A DNA stretch of 49,866 nucleotides from Candidatus Woesebacteria bacterium RIFCSPLOWO2_01_FULL_39_10 (GTDB lineage Bacteria; Patescibacteriota; Microgenomatia; UBA8517): positions 13,829-63,694 of the forward strand of contig MGHC01000026.1 of the NCBI GenBank assembly GCA_001793015.1, read 5' to 3'. The position numbers were made by a program, and so were the translations under genes. The notes below the pieces were generated by a model, which had not been told where the DNA came from, did not search any database, and worked only from the letters and a program-made list of their open reading frames with translations. The first letter of the stretch is position 1. The number at the start of each line of letters is the position of its first letter. Shown one piece after another: positions 28,802-36,259 of this stretch.

Positions 28802-29176
28802 TTAAGGTATTCTAATTGCATTAATCATTGACTGAAGGTCGAGGATGTCCGGGAGTCCAAGTAAGGTGGCGATAAGGTCAAAAAGAAACATTGCGGCAAT
28901 TACAGCGACAAAACCGATTGCCCCAGTTGTGATTCTTCTTCTGGCACTTTCGTACGCCGCTTTATCTCCACCAGATGAAATAATACCTAGGGCACCTGTT
29001 ATTAGTACGAACATAAAGTAAAGTGCTCCGATGACTGTTAAAACGCCGATGGTTGTCGACAAGATTTGAGCAAGAATTCCAACGGCTCCTCCAGCACCTC
29101 CCACCAAACCAATAGTCCCTATACCGCTTAAGGGATTACCAATGGGTGTAGGATTTTGTGCAATCAAACTTTCCAT
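28802..29176 (-). CDS. VirB2/TrbC-like pilin-module protein P3
   Basis: 124 aa, with IISSGGDKAAYESARRRITTGAIG between two TM helices. Confidence 0.7.
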   Translation of the reverse strand: MESLIAQNPTPIGNPLSGIGTIGLVGGAGGAVGILAQILSTTIGVLTVIGALYFMFVLITGALGIISSGGDKAAYESARRRITTGAIGFVAVIAAMFLFDLIATLLGLPDILDLQSMINAIRIP

Positions 29177-29178
29177 AG

Positions 29179-29514
29179 TTAAGGGGTAAAGACCTTTAAC
29201 TGTAATAATGCGTTTGCGTCGTTAAAGAGAATTAGTCCAATAACTGCCGCGAGTACGAAAGCCCCTGCAGCAATAATCAGGCCCAAAACGCTATGCCAAA
29301 TTTTTGCACCAGCATCTTGAATTCTTTTTGGGTCACCGCCTGCTGAAAGATAGGCATAACCGGCAAGAATTAAGTTAAGTACTGTATAGATCCCGGCTCC
29401 GACAATCAGAGTTCGCAGAATAATGTTTAGAAGTACCTGTAGTCCATTCACACTTCCTCCGGCAAAAGGACGTAGCCAGGTTGGTACAGGAACACTTCCC
29501 CAAGGATTTTGCAT
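29179..29514 (-). CDS. VirB2/TrbC-like pilin-module protein P4
   Basis: 111 aa, with YLSAGGDPKRIQDAGAKIWHSVLG between two TM helices. Confidence 0.7.
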   Translation of the reverse strand: MQNPWGSVPVPTWLRPFAGGSVNGLQVLLNIILRTLIVGAGIYTVLNLILAGYAYLSAGGDPKRIQDAGAKIWHSVLGLIIAAGAFVLAAVIGLILFNDANALLQLKVFTP

Positions 29515-29518
29515 ATTA

Positions 29519-29845
29519 TTAACCTAAAATACTTACACCAAATGTACTCTCAATAAAACGTACAATCAAAAATGCAACTGCTATTATTATAAAGCCAATG
29601 ATTCCTGCTGTGATAATATTTTTTCCCTGCTCAATCTTTTGCGGATCTCCAGCCCCAGTAATCATATAAAAACCCGCAATAATTATAAGAATTACAAGAA
29701 CAACTCCTGCTACCATTATGGCGTTAGATAAAAGGATGGAGACAAGTTGCCCTAATCCTTCAACGCCAGGGTTAAGATCTCCTAAAAAATGTCCAACCTG
29801 GCCAAAAAAAGATTGGTCTATATCAACCTGCGCAAGATAGTTCAT
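29519..29845 (-). CDS. VirB2/TrbC-like pilin-module protein P5
   Basis: 108 aa, with MITGAGDPQKIEQGKNIITAGIIG between two TM helices. Confidence 0.7.
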   Translation of the reverse strand: MNYLAQVDIDQSFFGQVGHFLGDLNPGVEGLGQLVSILLSNAIMVAGVVLVILIIIAGFYMITGAGDPQKIEQGKNIITAGIIGFIIIAVAFLIVRFIESTFGVSILG

Positions 29846-29914
29846 AGTTAAAGTTTAATACAATACTATGTTAGAACTCAAATATTAGATCTCAAAACCA
29901 TATCTTAGAGCTAT

Positions 29915-30304
29915 TTAACTTCTTTTACCTTTCATTGTCAAAAGACTAGATGCAATCATTTTTCCGATCTCTTTTGCTTCAGACAGGAGTGGCTCTACTT
30001 TGTCTACTTTTTCTAGTTTTGAATCTTCCAGGAGCATCAACCAATAGATAGTTTCGTTAGTGCTTTTAAGGGCAATCTCATAAAATTTTATGAAGTCCCT
30101 TTTAGAACTCGATGACTTGGCTTCGACTAGGTTTGCTCCGATAGAAGTCGCGCAACGTAATAATTGATCTTCGATTATCCAATAAACTCTTTTTTCAGGA
30201 AAATCCTTAACGAAAACAATAATTGATAACGAAAATTGATAGGCTCTGTATTTTACATTAGATCTTAGATTTAAGTTATGGTTTTGAGTTTTGAGATACG
30301 ACAT
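29915..30304 (-). CDS. Four-helix-bundle protein (23S rRNA IVS protein / Avd family), copy 3
   Basis: The ORF track gives 29915-30331. I prefer the ATG at 30304 (MSYLKTQNH...), which avoids overlap with the upstream gene. The signature is TSIGANLVEAKSSSSKRDFIKFYEIALKSTNETIYWLMLL. Confidence 0.75.
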   Translation of the reverse strand: MSYLKTQNHNLNLRSNVKYRAYQFSLSIIVFVKDFPEKRVYWIIEDQLLRCATSIGANLVEAKSSSSKRDFIKFYEIALKSTNETIYWLMLLEDSKLEKVDKVEPLLSEAKEIGKMIASSLLTMKGKRS

Positions 30305-30317
30305 ATGAGTTTGTTTC

Positions 30318-31115
30318 TCATCCAAAAACATTTATTATTGGTGGTAAATTAAGAATTCGTGCAACGAGCTGCACTATCCAGAATGCCACAAATATTACAA
30401 TGAAACCAACAATTGCGTACATAATTTTTTCCCGGCCTGCTGCAATTCCTTTCGGATCTCCCTGAGAGGTAAGAATTTGATATCCACCCATGACAATGTA
30501 AATAAGAATAAGAAAACCAACAATTCCAAAGATGTATGGTAAAAGTGCAGCGACAATATTTCCTACACTACATATATTCGTTAATCCGCAGTTCCAGAAG
30601 TTTGGCAACCCTAACCTAATAAATCTTCCAAATTGTATGCCAGCTCGTCCGACTGGCGGGGGGGTTGGTTGGCAAAATACGCAGGATAAACACTGAGATT
30701 GGCCGCATTGAGATGTCGTACAGTAAGGATCACATGGCAATCCTACAGGTCCTAGGACATCTAGATTTTCAATACAGTTTTTCGGACTCGTTGTACTGGT
30801 ACTTGTTGCTGATATTGAATATCTCCCACGGGCTGTACAATTTACCGAAATGGGGGTTGAATTTTGCCCCAACGCGTCAGTCTGAAATGGGGTGGTTGCT
30901 GAGCAGGCGTTATTATTGAAAGCCAGATTATACCTTGTATTTGCATTTCCATTCGTCAAATTGATATTACCGGGCACACCTGCCGAAAGTGGATTCGGAG
31001 TAAATGTTAGGTTGCACTGCCCAGCTTGTGCATGAACTTTGGTGGGTTGAGATAGGAAAAGCACTCCAAACAAAAGAAAGATAGTTGCAATTAAAGTAAT
31101 TTTAATTATCTTCAT
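30318..31115 (-). CDS. Pilin-module fusion P6: signal peptide, Cys-rich ectodomain, then a C-terminal VirB2/TrbC-like module
   Basis: 265 aa. The signal is LLFGVLFLSQPTKVHAQA. The Cys-rich part is CDPYCTTSQCGQSQCLSCVFCQP. The C-terminus LTSQGDPKGIAAGREKIMYAIVG lies between two TM helices. Confidence 0.65.
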   Translation of the reverse strand: MKIIKITLIATIFLLFGVLFLSQPTKVHAQAGQCNLTFTPNPLSAGVPGNINLTNGNANTRYNLAFNNNACSATTPFQTDALGQNSTPISVNCTARGRYSISATSTSTTSPKNCIENLDVLGPVGLPCDPYCTTSQCGQSQCLSCVFCQPTPPPVGRAGIQFGRFIRLGLPNFWNCGLTNICSVGNIVAALLPYIFGIVGFLILIYIVMGGYQILTSQGDPKGIAAGREKIMYAIVGFIVIFVAFWIVQLVARILNLPPIINVFG

Positions 31116-32506
31116 AATCCTGGAATATTAAGAATTCGTACTCCGATAAGTCTTAAAATATAAACTCCAAAAAGGAGTAATAATAAACCGCTAATAGCTG
31201 CGGTCAAAAGCTCTTTTCCCGCCTGAAGTCTCTGAGGATTTCCTGCTGAGGTTATTACCAAAAATGCTGCGTAGATAATCAAAAGAAAGGCAATGCCACC
31301 TGCAATTCCAATTGCCCAACCGAGAATAAATTCTGCAAAATCATTCTTGTTTGTTATTGGAATGCAGCCGATTGCTGTGTAAAGTTTTCCAGTTAATAAA
31401 GGATCTATGGTTGGATTTCCAGAAGCGTCGCAGTAAACCATGGGTGGTTTGGAAGTAGCAGGTGATGCGGGTACACAACAAATTTGGCCCAAAGAGCAAA
31501 CTGAATTAGGGTCAAGTGGATTATTTATTCCATCTGGGGTGGTTCCTGGAATTGAACCGCAAGTAAACCCAGTAACACATGTTCCAGATTGTCCTGTAGA
31601 AACCCCCGTACATGTGGTGGGAGCCTGAAGGCAACTGAGAGTATTTTCTACGCAATAACCGCCAACGCATTTTTGTAAAAGATTACATTGTCCATTAGCC
31701 CCACAAGTGCCACTTGTATCAGTACAACTAAGACAGACAGTTGGTCGGTAATCGCATTGATAACCAGTAAGGCCTATTCCGGTGTTATAGCATACATATC
31801 CTGGCGGGCATCCACCCCCTCCACAAGTGAGATTATAATCAGTACAGATATTACACGAAGAGAGGGGATCAAATACGCATTGCCCGCTTGCGTTACACGT
31901 TTCTGTAGGACGGCATCTTCCGCCCGCTCCACAGCCCCCAATAGCGGGATTACAAATTTGAGTTGTAGGTAGCGGTTGATTTAGAGTACAACCAGTAATT
32001 AAAGGAATAGCACCTCCATCCAAAATTTGTGTTCGATCTCTGATAATGAAGTAAGGTATGACTCTAATCCCGACTTGGCCGCTTGGATAATTAGATAAGC
32101 CACCTGGTGCTGAATGCGAACCAAGATTTGCGGTTTGTCCAAGAGGACAAATTGTGGGTAAATTACCAGTACAATCATAAATTTGGACATCGTTTGTAAG
32201 TCGGTAAGAAGAAACAACATTAGATGGTCCGCACGGCCCATCGCAACAATCGATTAGTAGACTGTAGGAGGGGTTTGATATAGTACTTAGGTAAACATCG
32301 GCATCAGCTATACCTTGTATTAATCTGCTACTTACGGTAATACTAACTTGAGCAGTTGAACAGCTGGAAATATTTGATAGGACTTCAATTTCACCTGCTA
32401 TACCTGACGGAGTGGGAGTTTGTGCGTAAAGTACGGAATTATTAAAAATGAAAGTCGCTATAAAAATAGTAATAAAGACTACCAAAATCTGAAGTAACCT
32501 TTTCAT
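31112..32506 (-). CDS. Pilin-module fusion P7: signal peptide, large Cys-rich ectodomain, then a C-terminal VirB2/TrbC-like module
   Basis: 464 aa. The signal-like N-terminus is followed by many CxxGxC-type clusters (CNASGQCVFDPLSSCNICTDYNLTCGGGGCPPGYVC...). The C-terminus ITSAGNPQRLQAGKELLTAAISG lies between two TM helices. Its stop overlaps the P6 start by 4 nt. Confidence 0.65.
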   Translation of the reverse strand: MKRLLQILVVFITIFIATFIFNNSVLYAQTPTPSGIAGEIEVLSNISSCSTAQVSITVSSRLIQGIADADVYLSTISNPSYSLLIDCCDGPCGPSNVVSSYRLTNDVQIYDCTGNLPTICPLGQTANLGSHSAPGGLSNYPSGQVGIRVIPYFIIRDRTQILDGGAIPLITGCTLNQPLPTTQICNPAIGGCGAGGRCRPTETCNASGQCVFDPLSSCNICTDYNLTCGGGGCPPGYVCYNTGIGLTGYQCDYRPTVCLSCTDTSGTCGANGQCNLLQKCVGGYCVENTLSCLQAPTTCTGVSTGQSGTCVTGFTCGSIPGTTPDGINNPLDPNSVCSLGQICCVPASPATSKPPMVYCDASGNPTIDPLLTGKLYTAIGCIPITNKNDFAEFILGWAIGIAGGIAFLLIIYAAFLVITSAGNPQRLQAGKELLTAAISGLLLLLFGVYILRLIGVRILNIPGL

Positions 32507-32577
32507 TAATTTGAGTGTAGCACGAAAAAGAAAATTGCTAAATTGCTAAATAGTAGGGAGCAACTAAACAAGTTTTT

Positions 32578-33057
32578 TCAGATAGATAATTGTGAGTGTA
32601 GTTTAAAATAAGGAAGAAAGATAACTTCAGTAGTGTTTATCCCCCTTCGCGAAATACCCCGGACGTAAGTCCGCGGATGAAAGCGAAGGAATTTCGTTTC
32701 GGTCGAACGTCGCCAAAGGCTTTGCCGACGGCGCGAGGGATTCCGCTCCCGACGAAGCGCTGGGAGAAGATACCCCGACCGCAAGGTCGTGGGGAGCTTC
32801 ATCTTGATCTTTTCCTCAAGGGATAGATTGGCAACAATTGCTTTTTCGGGTTTGTATTTTCCTATGAAATTTCTCAATGAACGCGTAATTTCAGGTTTTT
32901 TCATTGTAGAAAATTTAGTTTCGACAGGTACAATTGTCTTACCTTTTTCAATTATAAAATCGACCTCGGACTTGTCTTTGGTTCTCCAAAAATGGGGTTT
33001 TGACGGGAATTCTGAAACTAGTCTTAAATTATGAAGAATGTACCCTTTTATTACCAC
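32578..33057 (-). pseudogene. 3-prime fragment of a DUF4143-type AAA ATPase gene, interrupted by GC-rich repeat copy B
   Basis: WRTKDKSEVDFIIEKGKTIVPVETKFSTMKKPEITRSLRNFIGKYKPEKAIVANLS and the final TEVIFLPYFKL fit the C-terminal part of DUF4143 proteins. The roughly 250-aa ATPase N-terminus is missing. The middle 55 aa (MKLPTTLRSGY...SRRGI) are encoded by the repeat. Confidence 0.55.
32638..32816 (+). repeat. GC-rich hairpin repeat, copy B
   Basis: This is the longest copy. Its hairpins include CCGGAC-GTAA-GTCCG(c)GG, GAAAGCGAA-GGAA-TTCGTTTC and CCCCGACC-GCAA-GGTCG(t)GGG (32773-32793). The 3-prime module gagaagatacc...agcttcat lies at 32764-32802. Confidence 0.7.
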
Positions 33058-33265
33058 ACTACCTTTTTAGTACGAGATTACAGGTAGTCAAGTATCTAAT
33101 CATGTCAATTAACACTACTTTTTTATCAGCAAAAACAGAAAACCACGCATTTACCAAGTTTGACTTGGCCAAGCTTTGCTTATGCGTGGATGAATGATTT
33201 TTCCGAGATACAGCTGAAAGCTAGTATCGAGGTCGGCTGAACTGCTTTTGCAGTGAAGATGTCCT

Positions 33266-33312
33266 GAGAAGATACCCCGATCGTAAGATCGGGGAGCTTC
33301 ATTTCTTTTCCT
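33266..33312 (+). repeat. GC-rich hairpin repeat, copy C (3-prime module only)
   Basis: gagaagatacc, then CCCCGATC-GTAA-GATCGGGG (33275-33294), then agcttcatttcttttcct. Confidence 0.7.
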
Positions 33313-33317
33313 AATTA

Positions 33318-33419
33318 CTAACTACCATCTCTGCCGAACCTGATTGTAGTAATCCTGGCCGAGGAGATATCGATTTTTGTTTACAAAGAATCGGGAAAGA
33401 TCTAAACATCAATTCATAA
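33318..33419 (+). pseudogene. Duplicated 5-prime fragment of the SpoIID-like gene (paralog of 34441-34536)
   Basis: About 85 percent identical by eye over about 77 nt. It translates to TISAEPDCSNPGRGDIDFCLQRIGKDLNINS-stop, compared with TIFAEPDCDNPGRGDIDFCLQRIEDELN in the full gene. Confidence 0.7.
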
Positions 33420-33444
33420 CAGATTTACATGGTATAATTCGAAG

Positions 33445-33852
33445 ATGGTTAAATTTAACAAGGAGAAACTTGACGTTGTCCGAAAAAGATATAATTTATC
33501 TTTAGTTATCCTTTTTGGTTCTCAGGTTGACGGCAGGGTTCACCCCAAAAGCGATCTAGACATCGCCGTTGTCAGAAATGATCAGAGTTTAGAGCTTAAT
33601 TTAATTAGACTAATTAGTGATCTGATACATATTTTTAATAATGACCGTGTGGATTTGGTTGATTTGACTCATGCCGACCCACTACTATTATTTGCAACGG
33701 CCTCCAAAAGCAGACTTCTTTCTGGGGAAGAGAAAGATTATGAGAACCTTTTATTGCGTGCATATCTTAGATATTCTGACTATATTCCTTATCTTGACAT
33801 GGAAAGAGACTTTGTATTAGGAAAGCTTAAAGATTATGTCGCCACTAGATAA
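33445..33852 (+). CDS. mntA: MntA-type nucleotidyltransferase antitoxin
   Basis: 135 aa, with the minimal nucleotidyltransferase motif LFGSQVDGRVHPKSDLDIAV. Confidence 0.8.
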   Translation: MVKFNKEKLDVVRKRYNLSLVILFGSQVDGRVHPKSDLDIAVVRNDQSLELNLIRLISDLIHIFNNDRVDLVDLTHADPLLLFATASKSRLLSGEEKDYENLLLRAYLRYSDYIPYLDMERDFVLGKLKDYVATR

Positions 33853-34258
33853 ACAGCTAGTAACAAGAAAAGCCAAACTAATAACAGGTGATTTGGAAAA
33901 GCTCAAAAGGTTTGAAAAAACACCCCTTTCGAATTATCTGAGAAATCCTGATACCCAGCTTTTAGTTGAACGATTATTAGAAAAGATCACGTCCAGATTA
34001 ATTGAAATCAATTACCATATTTTAAGACAAGAATTTGGAACATTGCCAAAGGACTATTTTAATTCTTTTGAAGAAATGGGAAAGGTTGGTGTTATTTCTA
34101 AAGAGTTAGCCGAACAAATTGCGCCATCTGCTGGTTTGAGAAATGCGTTAGCTCATGAATATGACACAATTGACCAGTCCCAGGTGTATTACTCGATGAA
34201 AAGGGCTTTAGATCAAATTCCCCAGTATCTTCAATTAATAATTGAATATCTTGGTTAA
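33836..34258 (+). CDS. hepT: HepT-type (DUF86, HEPN) toxin
   Basis: 140 aa, with the HEPN motif RNALAHEYD (Rx4H). It overlaps mntA by 17 nt. Confidence 0.8.
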   Translation: MSPLDKQLVTRKAKLITGDLEKLKRFEKTPLSNYLRNPDTQLLVERLLEKITSRLIEINYHILRQEFGTLPKDYFNSFEEMGKVGVISKELAEQIAPSAGLRNALAHEYDTIDQSQVYYSMKRALDQIPQYLQLIIEYLG

Positions 34259-34299
34259 AATCCTTACTAAAACTTAGGATTGATATAATAGGAAGAAGC

Positions 34300-36081
34300 A
34301 TGATTATTCAGTTAATTTCCAAATTTTTAAAATTCAAGAATCTTGCATGGTTATCATTAGCCCTTTTAACTTTTTTATTTTTTTCACTATTCACTAATCA
34401 CAAATCACCCTCCGGGCTAGAAGCCCTCAAGGGCTGGCAGCTAGTCACTATCTTTGCCGAACCTGATTGTGATAATCCCGGACGAGGGGATATTGATTTT
34501 TGTTTACAAAGAATCGAGGATGAGTTAAATCAACTCAAACCTGCTCAAGAATATAACAAAAAAGAGCTCGCTGGTTTACGAAGCCAAATTACAAGTTTGG
34601 AAAAAAGGATTGTTGGTTTGTCAAACCAACTTAAGGTTGTTGAAGAAGATATAGGGGTTCGAGAGGAAGATCTTGCTTATGCCCAAGCAATTTTTATAGA
34701 AAAAACTAAAAATCACTATAAATTCATTCGTCTTTACGATCCGCTTATGCCTTTTCTTTCATCAGAAAACGCCTCATCTTTTTTTAGAGAAATAGTTTTT
34801 AGGCAAAAAGCAGCAAATGAAGATATAAAGACAATGGAAAAGTACGCTGATGATCTTTTAGCTTTAAAAAAGGACAAGGAAACTCTTGAAAAAAATAAAA
34901 AAAGCCTTTCTTCGCTTCGCACCCAAGTAAATAGCAGGGCTACATTTTTAGCAGGAGAAGTTGAGAAAACAGAAAAATACCTAGCGACTTTGACAGCAAA
35001 GCAAGAAGAACTTTTAGCTCTTAAAGCTGGAGGATTTCAGACTTCTGTTGGTGAAACCCCGGCAACTCTTGAACCGTGTTCCGGTCCTCCGGGATCTTCA
35101 AACTATTGCGATCCTGGATTTAGACCCGCATATGCCGCATTTTCTTTTGGTGCACCGCATAGGACTGGTATGAGTCAGTATGGGGCTTTAGGAAGAAGTA
35201 AGTCGGGACAATCAGCAGAGCAGATTTTGTCTGCTTACTACTCTGGTTCTGAATTAAGAAAAGATTACCCTATTCCTGCAACGATTGGAGTTTCAGGTTA
35301 TGGAAGAGTTTCTTTTGAAGAAAATTACTTACTTGGTATATATGAAGTGCCGGAACGTTGGGGTGATGAAGGAGGGTTCGAAGCCCTAAAAGCCCAAGCA
35401 GTTGCCGCGCGATCCTATGCGCTGGCAGTTACTAATAATGGTAGCGGTACAATTTGCCCTACAGAATCTTGTCAGGTTTATAAACCCCAACTCAAAAGTG
35501 GAAAATGGGCTGAAGCTGTTCGGGCAACTCGTGGTTGGGTAATGGTTAGAGGAGGTTCAGCCGCGACGACTTATTATGCTTCCACCTCCGGCGGCTTCAC
35601 GATTTCTCAGTGGGGTTGGAGCGGAATAAAAGATGCAAAAGATGACAGTTGGCCAAGCCAAGCTTATGAGAAAATAGCCAGCTCTCCCTGGTTTTATAAA
35701 GCCTGGTACAGAACTCGAGGAGGGGCAACCTGTGGAAAAAGTAATCCTTGGTTAACTGGAGAAGAGGCGGCAGATATAATAAACGCCTGGGAAGTACTAT
35801 ATAAAGGAGGAGGAGATGTGTCGAGAATTTCGCCTGTTGATACAAATTGCTGGAGTGGCAATCCTTATTCGAAAGGCGAGCTGGCTGGAATTGGAGGTTA
35901 TACAAGCGTAACAAGCGTGTCGACCGTGTATTCAAACTCCGGATCAACTTTAAATATTTCTTTTGGTACTAATAAAGGGACAGTTACAATAACAGGCGAA
36001 GAATTTAAAAGAGCGTTTAATTTACGCGCACCCGGTTATATTGGTCTTAAAAGTAGCCTATTTAATATAGAGAAATTGTAA
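34300..36081 (+). CDS. Membrane-anchored coiled-coil protein with a SpoIID/LytB-like peptidoglycan hydrolase domain
   Basis: 593 aa. An N-terminal TM helix is followed by a roughly 200-aa coiled coil. The SpoIID-type motifs are GMSQYGALGRSKSG, ALKAQAVAARSYAL, CQVY and YYASTSGGFT. Confidence 0.75.
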   Translation: MIIQLISKFLKFKNLAWLSLALLTFLFFSLFTNHKSPSGLEALKGWQLVTIFAEPDCDNPGRGDIDFCLQRIEDELNQLKPAQEYNKKELAGLRSQITSLEKRIVGLSNQLKVVEEDIGVREEDLAYAQAIFIEKTKNHYKFIRLYDPLMPFLSSENASSFFREIVFRQKAANEDIKTMEKYADDLLALKKDKETLEKNKKSLSSLRTQVNSRATFLAGEVEKTEKYLATLTAKQEELLALKAGGFQTSVGETPATLEPCSGPPGSSNYCDPGFRPAYAAFSFGAPHRTGMSQYGALGRSKSGQSAEQILSAYYSGSELRKDYPIPATIGVSGYGRVSFEENYLLGIYEVPERWGDEGGFEALKAQAVAARSYALAVTNNGSGTICPTESCQVYKPQLKSGKWAEAVRATRGWVMVRGGSAATTYYASTSGGFTISQWGWSGIKDAKDDSWPSQAYEKIASSPWFYKAWYRTRGGATCGKSNPWLTGEEAADIINAWEVLYKGGGDVSRISPVDTNCWSGNPYSKGELAGIGGYTSVTSVSTVYSNSGSTLNISFGTNKGTVTITGEEFKRAFNLRAPGYIGLKSSLFNIEKL

Positions 36082-36250
36082 TTTCGTTCGGTAATGCTTT
36101 TTTCAGAAACGGCCCCGCACAAGCCTTAGCTTTACGGGGCAAGCACCCCAAGAATATAGTTGACTGTTTACCCCATAAACGAGCAAAGCGAGTTTTATGG
36201 GGCGAAGGCTTTTTCAAAAAGATTACCTCCCTCAAATATAAGCCTAACAA

Positions 36251-36259
36251 TGATATAAT
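36251..36259 (+). promoter_or_regulatory. Extended -10 promoter element TGATATAAT
   Basis: A perfect TGnTATAAT lies 57 nt upstream of the 36316 ATG. The leader that follows contains four TATCTTRATA-like repeats (36273-36313). Confidence 0.45.

Noticed and set aside
9948-32506. An integrated conjugative element or plasmid-derived T4SS.
   Set aside because: No relaxase, VirD4, integrase, partition genes or flanking att-like direct repeats are visible. The locus abuts dnaN in the origin region. Gene content outside the window was not available.
16998-34536. A diversity-generating retroelement, considered because the four-helix-bundle proteins belong to the Avd family.
   Set aside because: There is no reverse transcriptase ORF in the window. 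The only long repeat pair (33318-33413 versus 34441-34536) has mixed substitutions (a/g, c/t, t/c, c/a), not the adenine-specific pattern of TR/VR pairs. A DGR elsewhere in the genome cannot be excluded.
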